Of a stretch of DNA of 64,000 nucleotides, positions 38,584 to 53,129 are shown piece after piece. A program made the translations under genes and the position numbers. The notes beneath the pieces were generated by a model. That model saw nothing but the letters and a program-made list of their open reading frames with translations. It was not told the DNA's origin and made no database searches. Position 1 is the stretch's first letter. The number at the start of each line of letters is the position of its first letter. This DNA comes from Flaccisagitta enflata (taxonomy: Eukaryota). The stretch is from NCBI GenBank assembly GCA_965153355.1, contig OZ231126.1, positions 35,712,001-35,776,000 of the forward strand, given 5' to 3'.

Positions 38584-39215
38584 TTTCTTTCTTGCTTTCA
38601 CGGCTTTCACGGCTACCCTAGTTGCGTGCGGGTGGGCAGGAGCAGTTTGTCCGTTGTCGATGTGAATACTAATTTGTTCCATCAATTGGCGCCGCGATGC
38701 CACGACGCCACGATGGCATCACGAGCTGGCCAGGGAAGGTAGCGTTGGCGCCATCACGCCTTAAAGTGATATCTATCAATGTATTAATATTTCTATCGAC
38801 TCTTGAGTCATTTTGATTATTATCAAAATACCCCAAAATGAATTAATATTTGAATCGACTTAAAAATTCGACTTGAGCCAAAAGGATTATTAGTTTGCCG
38901 GGTTACAAAGAATGAATGAATGAATGAATGAATGAATGAATGAATGAATGAATGAATGAATGAATGAATGATTTCTATCAATGTGATAATATTCCAATCG
39001 ACTCATACAAAATACTAACATGAACAGTTTACTATTTCAGTTGACTCACAATTAACATTGATTCAGATACGTTATTCAACTTGTATCACTTCAGTTATCC
39101 AGAGTTGTTCTAAAGTCAATCACGATCAAACATTCTGTTTTCTGTCTGTAGTCACACTATTCGAGTTGATGAGAATATTAGTTAACAAAAGAGGCACACG
39201 CACACACAAACACAC

Positions 39216-39294
<79 letters not shown>

Positions 39295-40526
39295 ACCCTA
39301 GACCCTCATATAAATGTATGCCGTGCACTGCACCAAATAGTTTGGTGAGCTGAACAGACAAAGTCTTAACCACAAACTGACATTGTCCATCCTCTTGTCC
39401 AGACAGACCGACAGCCAACAAAGTTTTTAACTTGCTTCGATGACAGACTCACTCCCACTCGAACCTCTATTGTTCTCAATATTCTCTGCATGTGACATAG
39501 TCTATTGTCAACCAATCCAAATCTCTGAGATCGAGATCGCGATCTCGAGCTCGATCTCCAGCTCGAGACAAGTTTAAAACAAAAACTAACTTAATCCTTT
39601 GTTTCATTAAGATGTATCTCCAGAGTAAGGTCAAACTGTGACCCTAACCTCACCTCTCCAATCCTAACCCTCAACCCTAACCCTAACCCGCAACATCTAC
39701 CTCCAAAGTGCAGTCAAACCCTAACCCATTCACTTACCTCTAGGGTTAGGGCTAACCCAAACCCATTCCCGTGAATGCACTTTAGTCATACAGGTTAGCA
39801 TTAGGGTTAAGGTTCGAGTTTGAGGATAGATGTTTTTAAGGCAAGGGTCAGGGTTTGAATGTCAGAGTTAGGGTTAGCAGGTTAGGGTTGGGGCTGGATA
39901 AGCGGGTTAGGGTTAGACTTCACTTTGTAGGTTTATGTTGCAGGTGAGGGAAAGGGTTTGACTTCACTTTGGAGGTATATGTTGCGGGTAAGGGTTGAGG
40001 GTTAGGGTTGGAGTTGAGAGGTTAGGGTTAGGTGTTAGGGTTCGACTTCACTAACTGCAATAAAGGGTTAGGGTTTAAAGCGCAAGCGTAATAGTGCTAT
40101 ACTTTCTTATAACGCCAACCCTAACCCTAACCCGTGACGCTCATGAGCGTGTACATGGCGCTCATTTAGTGAAACATTAACCCTAACCCTAACCTCCAAA
40201 CCCTAACCCTAACCTTGTTATCCAGCCCTAACTCTAAGGGTTAGAGTTAGAGTTAAGGGTTGACTTCACTTTGGAGGTATATGTTGCGGGTTAGGGTTAG
40301 GGTTTGAAGCAAAAGCGTAATAGTGCTATACTATCTTAAAACGCTAACCCTAACCCGTGACGCTCATGAGCGTATAAATGGTGCTCACTTAGTGAAACAT
40401 AAACCCTAACCCTAACCTCATTATCCATCCCTTACTCTAAGGGTTAGGGTTTGACTTCACGTTGGAGGTATATGTTGTGGGTTAGGGTTAGGGCTAGGGT
40501 TTGACTTTACTTTGGAGGCATATGTT

Positions 40527-41792
40527 CAGCCCTGATCTTAGTATTTTTTTCTTGTGGGCCAGTCGGGCCCCCTCCCAAGAATTTTAGCAGGCCCGAGAGA
40601 AAAACAGCGGGCCCGACCAAATTACTGTTTAATTGCAAAAAAGATCTACATGATCAATGTCAAAACAAAACAACTGCGTCCCCTGAGTCTCTAGACTACT
40701 TTTAAAGCAATTTGAAAGAATTTGAAAGACAATGCATTTCTGTATCTTTCTAAAACCCGTTTTACAAGAAAGAGGAAAAAACTTGGCAATGTTACGGTCA
40801 ATGTGTGCTGATTAAGAAATTGAGAACGAACTTTTTAATGAAGGAATGAATGATCAAATAAATGAATAAATGAATCAGGGAATGAGTGAATCAAAGAAGG
40901 AAGGAAAGAAAGAAAGAAAGTAAAAAAAAGAAAGAAAGGAAGAAGGAAAGAAAGAAAGAAAGAAAGAATGAATAAAAGAGAGATAGAAAGAAAGAATAAT
41001 CGCAAAAGCGTCAGATGGTCAGCGGTACCCGTGCCCTGCCTGAGTAGGTTGTGCTTAAAGTCGAGGGGGGAGCAGGGCAGCGGCCCCGAAGGGGTCGATG
41101 ACCTATGCTTTCACACACATGGGGAATTTTCTCCTTCTTCTCCTCCTCCTCCTGGGATCCGGCCTCTTGGCTTAGATTACAACTTCGAGGCTGAGATTTG
41201 GACCTCAAGGCTGGGATCTGGGCCTCCAGGCCAGGATTTGGGCCTCCAGGCTAGGGTTTGGGCCTCGAGACTGGAATTTGGACCTCGAGACTGGAATTTG
41301 AGGGGGGGGGACGGAGAAGAAGAAGGAGAAGGAGGAGGAGAAGAAGAAGGAGAAAATTCCCCATATGTGTGAAAGCATAGGTCATCAACCCCTTCGGGGC
41401 CGCTGCCCAAAAAGGATGAAAAAAAGTGGAAGCTGGGAAGGCATGAATTGTTACCGGATTGAAGAAATCAGTTGTTTTGTGCAGTATAAAGAATGGGGTT
41501 ATGGATCAACCAACAAATCAACTTACAAACAGACCATGCAACCAACCCACTGAATCAAAGCAGATAAAAAGAAAGTGCGCATCACTCAATGATCATTTCA
41601 CACTCGGCATGTGGAGAGTGGAGGAACAAATGCTTTAAAAAGATCTAAGAGGAATTATCACCATTTCTTTATTATGAAAAATGCCCAGCAAAATGACAGC
41701 GGGCCCGTCGGGCCCACAGCTAGGAAAATTAGCGGGCCCGACAGCAAAAATGCGGGCCTTGGGCCCGCGGGCCCGCTCTAAAATCAGGGCTG
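40527..41792. mobile_element. hAT-type non-autonomous element with 8-bp TSD CATATGTT, carrying a nested insertion
   Basis: TIRs CAGCCCTGATCTTAG / CTAAAATCAGGGCTG; CATATGTT at 40519-40526 and 41793-41800; GGGCCC subterminal motifs. Confidence 0.88.
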
Positions 41793-41870
41793 CATATGTT
41801 AGGGTTAGGGTTTGGGTTAACCTTAACCCTTTTAGGTAAGTGAATGGGGTCAAAGCAAAAGCGTAATAGT

Positions 41871-42252
41871 CAGGCCTGATTTTAGTGATTTTTTTGACTG
41901 AGCCAGTCGGGCTCGCTCCCCACAATTTGACAGAGCCCGAGAAGAAAACCATGAGCCCGGTAAAAATGTCATGCCAAATTTACAATTATATCAGCCTAAA
42001 TTTGTAGTAGCAGCTATTGATTATATGATGTAATGATAAAATGATCACTTCAAAGAAGATTCAACTTGTGAAAGGATCGAAAAACGACCCAAAACTTGAT
42101 GATTTCTCAAATATTTCACTCAATCTGCTTGAGCGCTTTGAATCCATCCTCTATGAGAGAGAGCCTGCCGGGCTCAGAGCTTGCAAAACATGAGAGCCCG
42201 AGAGCAAATTAGAGAGCATCGGGCTCGCGGGCTCGCTCTAAAATCAGGCCTG
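41871..42252. mobile_element. hAT-type MITE with 8-bp TSD GTAATAGT
   Basis: TIRs CAGGCCTGATTTTAG / CTAAAATCAGGCCTG; TSD at 41863-41870 and 42253-42260; the empty site GCGTAATAGTGCTATACT is present near 40086 and 40315. Confidence 0.9.
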
Positions 42253-42420
42253 GTAATAGTGCTATACTATCTTATAACCCAAACCCTGACCTGCAACACT
42301 CATGAGCCTGTACATGGCACTCACTGAGTGACAAATTAACCCTAACCCTAACTTTAACCTCCAAACTCTAACCCTAACCCTAACCCTAACCTGTTTATCC
42401 AGCCCTAACCCTAAGCCCAA

Positions 42421-43045
42421 ACAGATTTGAATATTAACTGATACTACAAATATTTATATAGACTCAAACACATCACCTTGACTCAGCTATTCCATCCACT
42501 TCAATTATCCAGAGTAAATCGAAAGTTCAATCCTCATGAAACATTTTGTATTTTGGCTGAAGTCACACTGTTTGAGTCGGTGGGAATATTAATTGATATA
42601 CAAGAGAAAACAAACATCTCTCTCTCTCTCTCTCTCTCTGGTGCAACATTAGTTGAGTCAATTGGAATACTGATTGAAACAACACTGATGGTAAAATATT
42701 TACATTGACTCACTCTCTTCATGCTCTTCAGTTCACTTCACTCATCCAGGGTTAATATCAAGTTGAATTCTAATCAAACTTTTTGTATTTTGGATGTTGA
42801 CACATTGTTAGAGTCAATTTGAATATTAACTGAAACTACAAATATGATGAAATATTCATATAGACTCAGGCACATCACCAATAATAAGATATTCACCTTG
42901 ACTCGGCTATTCTATCCACTTTAGATCATTTTAGTTATCCAGAGTAAATCTAAAGTTCAATCCTAATGAAACATCTTGTATTTTGGCTAAAGTCACACTG
43001 TTTGAGTCAGTGAGAATATTAATTGATATTCAAGAGAAAACAAAC

Positions 43046-43089
<44 letters not shown>

Positions 43090-43492
43090 GCAACATTAGT
43101 TGAGTCAATTGGAATACAGATTGTTACAACACTGATAGTAAAATATTTACATTGACTCAATCTCTTCATGCTCTTTAGTTCACTTCAGTCATCCAGGGTT
43201 AATATTAAATTCAATTCTAATCAAACTTCCTGTATTTTGGATATTGTCACATTCTCAGAGTCAATTTGAATATTACCTGAAACTGCATATATGATGAAAT
43301 ATTCAAACAGACTCAGACACATCACCAGTCGTGAAATATTCACCTTGACTCAGCCGTTCTATCCACTTAAGATCACTCCAGTTATCCAGAGTAAATCTAA
43401 AGTTCAATCCTGATGAAACATTTTGGATTTTAGCTGAAGTCACACTGTTTGAGTCGGTGGGAATATTAACTGACATACAAGAAAAAACAAAC

Positions 43493-43530
<38 letters not shown>

Positions 43531-43932
43531 GCTACACTGGTTGAGTCAATTGGAATAGTGATTGTTACAACACTGATTGTAAAATATTTACATTGACTCA
43601 GTCTCTTCATGCTCTTCAGTTCACTTCAGTCATCCAGGGTTAATGTTAAGTTCAATTCTAATCAAACTTTTTGGATTTTGGATGTTGTCACATTGTTAGA
43701 GTCAATTTGAATATTAACTGAAACTACATATATGATGAAATATTCATACAGACTCAAACACATCACCAATCATGAAATATTCACCTTGACTCAGCTATTC
43801 TATCCACTTAAGATCACTCCAGTTATGCAGAGTAAATCTAAAGTTCAATCCTGATGAAACATTTTGTATTTTGGCTGAAGTCACACTGTTTGAGTCAGTG
43901 GGAATATTAATTGACATACATAAAAAACAAAC

Positions 43933-44006
<74 letters not shown>

Positions 44007-44817
44007 GATGCAACATTAGTTGAGTCAATTGGAATACTGATTGACTCAACAATGATAGTAAAATATTTACATTGACTCACTCTTTTCATGCTCTTCAGTT
44101 CACTTCAGTCATTAAGGGTTAACATTAAGTTCAATTCTAATCAAACTTTTTGTATTTTGGATGTTGCCACATTGTTAAAGTCAATTTGAATATTAACTGA
44201 AACTGCATATATGATGAAATATTCATACAGACTCAGACACATCACCAATCATGAAATATTCACCTTGACTCAGCTATTCTATCCACTTAAGATCACTTCA
44301 GTTATCCAGAGTAAATCTAAAGTTCAATCCTGATGAAACATTTTGTATTTTGGCTGAAGTCACAGTGTTTGAGTCGGTGGGAATATTAATTGACATACTC
44401 TCTCTCTCTCTGGTGCAACATTAGTTGAGTCAATTGGAATACAGATTGTTACAACACTGATGGTAAAATATTTACATTGACTCACTCTCTTCATGCTCTT
44501 TAGTTCACTTCAGTCATCCAGGGTTAATATTAAATTCAATTCTAATCAAACTTCCTGTATTTTGGATATTGTCACATTCTCAGAGTCAATTTGAATATTA
44601 CCTGAAACTGCATATATGATGAAATATTCAAACAGACTCAGTCACATCACCAGTCGTGAAATGTTCACCTTGACTCAGCCGTTCTATCCACTTAAGATCA
44701 CTCCAGTTATCCAGAGTAAATCTAAAGTTCAATCCTGATGAAACATTTTGGATTTTGGCTGAAGTCATCCTGTTTGAGTCGGTGGGAATATTAATTGACA
44801 TACAAGAAAAAGCAAAC

Positions 44818-44879
<62 letters not shown>

Positions 44880-45275
44880 GCAACACTAGTTGAGTCAATT
44901 GGAATAGTGATTGTTACAACACTGATTGTAAAATATTTACATTGACTCAGTCTCTTCATGCTCTTCAGTTCACTTCAGTCATCCAGGGTTAAAATTAAGT
45001 TCAATTCTAATCAAACTTTTTGGATTTTGGATGTTGTCACATTGTTAGAGTCAATTTGAATATTAACTGAAACTACATATATGATGAAATATTCATACAG
45101 ACTCAAACACATCACCAATCATGAAATATTCACCTTGACTCAGCTATTCTATCCACTTAAGATCACTCCAGTTATGCAGAGTAAATCTAAAGTTCAATCC
45201 TGATGAAACATTTTGTACTTTGGCTGAAGTCACGCTGTTTGAGTCGGTGGGAATATTAATTGACATACAAGAAAA

Positions 45276-45372
<97 letters not shown>

Positions 45373-45775
45373 CAACATTAGTTGAGTCAATTGGAATACT
45401 GATTGACTCAACAATGATAGTAAAATATTTACATTGACTCACTTTTTTCATGCTCTTCAGTTCATTTCAGTCATTAAGGGTTAACATTAAGTTCAATTCT
45501 AATCAAACTTTTTGTATTTTGGATGTTGCCACATTGTTAAAGTCAATTTGAATATTAACTGAAACTGCATATATGATGAAATATTCATACAGACTCAGAC
45601 ACATCACAAATCATGAAATATTCACCTTGACTCAGCTATTCTATCCACTTAAGATCACTTCAGTTATCCAGAGTAAATCTAAAGTTCAATCCTGATGAAA
45701 CATTTTGTATTTTGGCTGAAGTCACAGTGTTTGAGTCGGTGGGAATATTAATTGACATACAAGAAAAAACAAACA

Positions 45776-45832
<57 letters not shown>

Positions 45833-46242
45833 GCAACATTAGTTGAGTCAATTGGAATACTGATTGACATAACATTGATAGTAAAATATTTACATTGACT
45901 CACTCTTTTCATGCTCTTCAGTTCACTTCAGTCACCAGGGTTAACATCAAGTTCAATTCTAATCAAACTTTTTGTATTTTGGATGATGTCACATTGTTAG
46001 CGTCAATTTGAATATTAACTGAAACTGCATATATGATGAAATATTCATACAGACTCAGACACATCACCAATCATGAAATATTCATCTTGACTCAGCTATT
46101 CTATCCACTTAAGATCACTTCAGTTATCCAGAGTAAATCAAAAGTTCAATCCTGATGAAACATTTTGTATCTAGGCTGAGGTCACACTGTTTGAGTTGGT
46201 GGGAATTTTAATTGACATACAAGAAAAAACAAACACCTTCTC

Positions 46243-46310
<68 letters not shown>

Positions 46311-46716
46311 GCAACATTAGTTGAGTCAATTGGAATACTGATTGACTCAACAATGATAGTAAAATATTTACATTGACTCACTCTTTTCATGCTCTTCAGT
46401 TCACTTCAGTCATTAAGGGTTAACATTAAGTTCAATTCTAATCAAACTTTTTGTATTTTGGATGTTGTCACATTGTTAAAGTCAATTTGAATATTAACTG
46501 AAACTGTATATATGATGAAATATTCATACAGACTCAGACACATCACCAATCATGAAATATTCACCTTGACTCAGCTATTCTATCCACTTAAGATCACTTC
46601 AGTTATCCAGAGTAAATCTAAAGTTCAATCCTGATGAAACATTTTCTATTTTGGCTGAAGTCACACTGTTTGAGTTGGTGGGAATATTAATTGACATACA
46701 AGAAAAAACAAACATC

Positions 46717-46770
<54 letters not shown>
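42421..46770. repeat. About 10 tandem copies of a 400-490-bp satellite, each with a variable (CT)n tract
   Basis: Recurring CAGAGTAAATCTAAAGTTCAATCCTGATGAAACATTTTG...(CT)n...GCAACATTAGTTGAGTCAATTGGAATA; degenerate relatives at about 38980-39290 and 46860-47610. Confidence 0.95.
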
Positions 46771-46776
<6 letters not shown>

Positions 46777-46932
46777 CTTTGTGGCAGATAATAATCACAG
46801 TTATAGCTTATAAATGTGCACAAATATAACTGTTTTCTTTGACATTATATTTCAAATCAAGTCAATTCCTCTCTCTGTTTTTGGTCAGTGGTTGCGCTGA
46901 TTGAGTCAAGATAAATATTAATCGACAATCTG

Positions 46933-47118
<186 letters not shown>

Positions 47119-47754
47119 CTTGAGTCGCTTGGAATATTAAGTTTGGTAACATAAGATGATAACTGAATTAGTAATCACAACGACTTGACGCTTAAGTTAC
47201 TAGCATTCTCAATTAGGCCATGTTATATTTGAGTCACTCGGAACATTATGTTTGGTGACAAAGTACACTTAATATTCACCTCGACTTGACACTTGAGTCT
47301 GTAGGATTCATAGTTTGTTGATTTAGCATTTGAGTCACATTGAATATTATATTTGAGTGACCAGGATTAATTAATTTGATGACATGGTGCTCATGGTGTT
47401 GCCATCATCGCGGTGACATCATCCTAAGACACGGTTGCCTTCACTTTCTGTCCTTTAAAAAGCACAGGCCATGGCGAGCATTCTGTATGAACCTGGATTA
47501 ATAATCATACTGGCTCTAAGTGACTCAATTTTGGTGATTATTTCTGCATATCGACTCAAAGTGACTCAAAGCGACTCAAAGCGACTCAAAGCGACTCATC
47601 GACTCAATAGGAAGTAAAGAAATTAATCTTCTTAAAAACTCTTGGAAGAGCTATCTTTACCAAAAAAGTTGAGGCTCAGAATGCCATGGAAACCACCGGA
47701 CAAAACTATCTCCAATGATGACCGCTCGCTCACCCAAACTCGACTAAAAATCCA

Positions 47755-47795
<41 letters not shown>

Positions 47796-49671
47796 ATGTC
47801 TCTCCTCGACCTCTCTCTTTCTTCTCCTTCATTATGCCCTTTGTGGATCGGCGGTCCGTCTTGGTGATCCGTCAGCCTGTCTGTCTCTGTCTGTCTGTCT
47901 GTCTGTCTGTCTCCGCAGTCTGTCTCGGTGTTCCATACTGGATATCGGTAAACTATCCAAGAAGGAGTCTCGGTCCGTCTGTCCGATGCGGGCCGATTTT
48001 TGCGGTGATTACCTGTAGGACACAGGGGTGAATTTCCATACGTCCTGAGAGGGCATATTTGAGGCCTTAGTGGCAATTTGCCATGATATTCAATGGGAAT
48101 TTTGCATTTTTTTCAATTTCTTGTCAATTTGCCATGTTATTCAATTGGAATTTTACATTTTTCTTAGTTTTCATCAATTTTCCATGTTATGCAATGGGAT
48201 ACATGCATGTTCTTGCTTTTTTGAAAATTTTCCATGTTATTCAATGGGAAGTTTGTATTTTGACAATTTCCCATATTATCCGATGGGAATTTGAGGCTTG
48301 AAAAGCTTGGGGGGGGGGGGGGGACGGAAGGATGGAAGGACGGACAGACGGAAGGACGGACGGACGGAAATTCACCCCTGTGTCCTACAGGACATCGGCC
48401 CTTTGGGACCGCTGCCCAAAAAGGAAATGAAGAAAAGAAGAAATAGTCGCAAAGGCGTTAGATGGTCAGCGGTACCCGTTGCCCCTATGTGAGTGTATGT
48501 TGGTGTGAGGTGGTTACAGGGGCAGCGACCTATGCTGTTTTTCTTTGAGCCTCAAGGCTGGAATTATGGCCTCAAGGCTGGAATTGGGGCCTCGAGGCCT
48601 CGAGGCTTGGAGTTGTTTTCTTGCCTTTGGTACCCCCAAAATAACTATTTTCAGGCCTTATGGACATTAACATAAGCCTTCAAACTGATATTTTTCTTGA
48701 TACACCTGACCAAATGTGATTGATGATTAAAAAAACATGTGAACTCTGAAGCACAGGTGGTTTACAGGAGAGTTGTTTCCTTCAAGATGACAAATTTATG
48801 ATTTTTTGACATTTTGCACATGATAGCGATTTCAATTTATTTTTTTTTGGCGAGCAAAAAAATGCTAAACAAGGGCTGAATTTTTTTTTTTGAGATCATC
48901 AACGACCCCAACAAAAAATTTGGGTCATGGTTGACCCCTCCCCTACATAATTTGGCATTGTCCCCTCATAAAAGTTGATTTTTCAAAAATTCGATTTGTC
49001 AATTTTCGACTTTCAAGTCTAATTTGGGCATCTTGATATTATCCGAATATCATGAAATTTTAGATGGTGGAAGTACATGATGTAAAGAAGCTACAGTTCA
49101 AATTTTATCGAAATCGGACAAGGTTAAGGGGAGTAAAAGTCTTTCCCAGTGCATGAAATAATTTCAGAAAATGGCATATCTTTTTTAACCCTGTACTAAA
49201 AGCACTATAACTCAAAAATGGTTGGAAATATCAACTCGAAACCAATTTTTTCCAATTCCTCAGGCAATTTTGCATCGATTTACCTATTTGGTAAAAATTT
49301 TTTCACAATTTTTACTATTTTTTATAATTTTTTCTTGAAAATTTGTCCCTTTGAAAAATGAACAAAACAATCTCGACGTTTTTCAATGTTTGAGGCCGGT
49401 CAAATGAGTTGAAACTGGGCCAAAAAGTGTTACTCTTGCCAGATAACGTACTCAGTATGTCTCTGGAGTTAGTTTCTGACGAATATAGGACTTTTTGACC
49501 AAATTCGATGAATACATTTTATAACCCTACTATAAGAGGCTGTGTCCGTCCGTCCGTCCGTTGGTCACGCTCGAATGAAAAATCGCTAAAAATGTTTGAA
49601 ATCAATTAAAAGCTCATTTCGTTCATCATTGATGATACACGTCATTTCATCCACTAAAGTAATCAGCTACG

Positions 49672-50037
49672 GTTAGGTCTGATAGAGCTGGGGATAGGTC
49701 TGATAGAGCTGGTGATAGGTCGGATAGGTCTAATAGATCTGGGAATAGGTCTGATAGAGCTCAGGATAGGTCTGATAGAGCTCGGGAGAGGTCTGATAGA
49801 GCTCGGAATAGGTATGATAGAGCTCAGGATAGGTCTGATAGAGCTAGGGATAGGTCTGATAGAGCTAGGGATAGGTTTGATAGAGCTGGTGATAGGTCAG
49901 ATAGGTCTGATAGAGCTCAGGAGAGGTCTGATAGAGTTAGGAATAGGTCTGATAGAGCTGGTGATAGGTCAGATAGGTCTGATAGAGCTCAGGATAGGTC
50001 TAATAGAGCAAGGGATAGGTCTGATGGTGCTAGGTCT
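49672..50037. repeat. 21-bp minisatellite inside a HINE-like element (about 49525-50090)
   Basis: GATAGGTCTGATAGAGCTCAG units. Confidence 0.9.
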
Positions 50038-50700
50038 AAGAATTGATAACGCCCGGCGCACCGTCTTGGCCCGTGTATCCGACCTTGTTAATACAAAAAC
50101 AATTTTCCTTACATTTGGCTGTGACATCTTCAGCTGAGAGAGAAATCATAGAAACAGGAATAAAGAGAGAGAGGCTATACACAATGAGACTTAGTCTATT
50201 GATGTCACATCAACAGTCAGTTGACAAAACACTAGAGGTAACCTTTGATAGTTTTGACAAAGTTTTTGGTGAGGCAAGCAAGTTTGCACCTTTAAACCCT
50301 TTTTCGCATTTTATTTGCTACTAGTATGCACAGATAACACTAGGGACCTTTCAATGCTTGAGTGGACGTCAACTAACTCAATATCTCATTTTCGCGAAAA
50401 TGCAAAAAATGCAAAAAAAAAAAAAAAAAATCATTAAAAAGATTAACGACCGTCGAAGAGACCTCTGGCTAACGCTTATTTTTTAGCTGTGAATATAATT
50501 ATAAAAACAAGGCCGGATGCACGGCTACCCTAGTCGCGTGCGGGTGATAGGTCAGGTCGTCACTAGGGCACCTTGGCAGGAGCAGTATGCTCAAAAAGCT
50601 CAAAAACGCCAAAGAAGTAACAGGTCGCCCAAGCCCAAGGGCAATATGTGGTCAGCGATACCCGTTGCCCTGCTTTGAGTGATTGTGAGTTGGAGTGAGG

Positions 50701-51218
50701 CTGGGTTGGCACGCTAATTTTAGCCACTTGAAAAAAGCCGGATTAAACCGGCTGGATTAAATTGGCTTTTTTCAAACGATTTTTGAAAAAAGCCGGCTAA
50801 AATTGGCTTTTTTTCGAATTTTTTTTTGTAAAGTCACCAAAAATCCAAAAATTCCCCAAAAACCTAGTTTCTCAAAGAATATTTTTTTTGCTTGACATCG
50901 ATGATGACTCTCTGGCGCTTTTGGAAAATTTCGAGGATGAAACGATGACTTAGTATTGATCAGGTGAGAAAGACCAAAAGGTGACTGCAGCTCCAACTGT
51001 TATTGATTCCATTGCCAACAAGGTCAAGTATAGCTGTTTTTCTCATCTTGCACTATATATCAACATTCTATTATTTGTATACTGATTGCTACTACTTCCA
51101 TGGCGCATTTTTGAAAAAAATCTGGCGTTTGAAAAAACACAGGATTTTAGCCGGTTTAATCCATTTTAGCCGGCTAAAATTGGCTTTTTTCAAAAAAGTG
51201 TTTTTTTTGCCAACCCAG
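50701..51218. mobile_element. MITE with 8-bp TSD GAGTGAGG nested in a Helentron-like element
   Basis: TIRs CTGGGTTGGCA / TGCCAACCCAG; TSD at 50693-50700 and 51219-51226; AGCCGG subterminal repeats. Confidence 0.85.
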
Positions 51219-53129
51219 GAGTGAGGGGAAGCAGGGCAGCGGCTCCGAAGGGGACTAAGTCCTGTAGAACACAGAGGGACTTTCGTTCGTCCTGCCTGAA
51301 GGAGTGGATGAGATCTTATAGAGGGCTGACTGAAGGCTCTCAAGAGCCTAAACTGAGTTCTAAGAAGGCCAATGTAAGGCCTGAGAATGCAATTGGAAGC
51401 TTGAGAGGGCTGACTTGAGGCCTGAGAGAGCTAGATTAAGGCTTGAAAGGTCAGGGGTTTGATTTGAAGCCAGAGAGTAATAAATTGAGGCTTAGATGGC
51501 TGATTTGAGGCCTGAGAGGCCTAATTTGGGGCTTGAGAGGCCAGGTTTGAGGCCTGAGAGGTTGGATTTGAGGCCTGAGAGGTCAGATTTGAGGCCTGAG
51601 AGGTCAGATTTGAGGCCTGAGAGGCCAGATTTGAGGACTGATAGGGGGGGGGACGAAGAAACGAACGGATGAACGGACGGACGAACAAACAACAGTCCCC
51701 CTGTGTTCTACAGGACTTCGTTCCCTTCGGGGCCGCTGCCCAAAAAGGGGACCGACCGGCCGACCAACCGACCGACCAACAAACCGACCGACCGACCGAC
51801 CGACCGACCGATGGATCGACATAGCGGGGTGTAGAGTCGCGTAGCACGCGACTAAAAATGCTGCATCCCAAGCAAATATGGGATAAGTAGGGCGGGGGTG
51901 GAGATGCGTTTTTACACTTCCCGACTCGGCGGCAAAGCTGAAAACAACGCTTTCCTTCGGCGTTTGAGACAAAAACTCAAAACTCAGATGAAAGTGAAAG
52001 TGACAAAAATGAAAACTTTGAACTTTGGGAAAGCCATGCCCTAAATAACTCCAAACCGGGAAGAGGAGGAAGTTCACGGCTTTGAAAAGGCACGGGGAAG
52101 AGCGTCTAGAGGAAGACAGAAATAGAAGCTTGTAAAGTCGGCACGAAATGATTTTTATATGCGATCCAAATCGTATGATTTCCTTCGTATGGAGAGACTA
52201 TCGCCTCATTCATGATGGACACAAGTACGTTTCTCATTCCAGCAATGTACTGGTTTGCAATCATTTTGATTGACAAGAATCATTTTCCTCCATCCTCGAC
52301 CTTGGGGCATAAAGCGCTGAAGCTTGATGACGTCACGAGCCCTCTTTTTTTCTTTTTCGTCTCCTGACTAAATTCTTCTTTCCATCATTTCCACTCTCAA
52401 AACGACGCAGTTTCTTTTCTCCTCCTCCTTCTTTTTCCCCGGGCACAGTTCCATTGTATAATCCATTTATCAACATCGTCTTTAAAAACCAAATCACAAT
52501 TTACAACACCGATAATCCAATAAAGAGGGCTAAAATTTGTAACTTGATTATGCACGTTAGATGGATTGGTCGGTCTGTCAAAAGGGCCCCCTTTCATTAT
52601 GTTGTCGAGCAAACTGGACCAGAGAATTGCATGAATAAATTTGAATGTGTCATTTACATGAAATACATCAGGTCCTGAGAAGTAAGAACGCGCGCAGAAT
52701 AAGATGTTGGAGACTTAAAACTACTTTATAGTAAAGTCCTTTTATAGCCGCTCTGAAAGGGGTCAGTTTATCTGTCCGTCGCGTCGGTGATAGGATATTT
52801 TCTCCACGAAGCGAAGTAGATTTAACGTTCTGCGCCATAAGCATTTGTATCCGCCATTCTCATGATAACGAAGCGTACGTTTTTAGCTTATTTTGTAAAC
52901 ATCAATCTGAAAGAAGGCGACTTCTTGCGAGTCTGTCCAACTACTGCAATCCAAATCTTTTTATAACTCAATAGCATGATAAAAAGTACATATGAAACAT
53001 TTTCCTCGTTTCTCTTTTGTCAAGTAACCAGTGGCTGTCGCCAAACATGTGAATTGCAGGTGCAATTGACAACACGTTTAGTGGAAATATTTAAATTCTT
53101 TTTTTTAATACTAAAACAAGAAGTGAGAA

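Larger units (their letters stand above)
39640..42420. repeat. Interstitial telomere-like block (short TTAGGG and CCCTAA runs in alternating orientation) interrupted by two hAT-type elements
   Basis: Runs such as CCCTAACCCTAACCC and GGGTTAGGGTTAGGG, separated by recurring spacers GACTTCACTTTGGAGGTATATGTTGC and GCGTAATAGTGCTATACT. Confidence 0.85.

Noticed and set aside
52328-52335. Perfect CRE TGACGTCA 9.7 kb upstream of TAT, plus TGACGTA just before the TAT ATG
   Set aside because: The same 8-mer also occurs near 10778 and 22207 in unrelated contexts; no other support.
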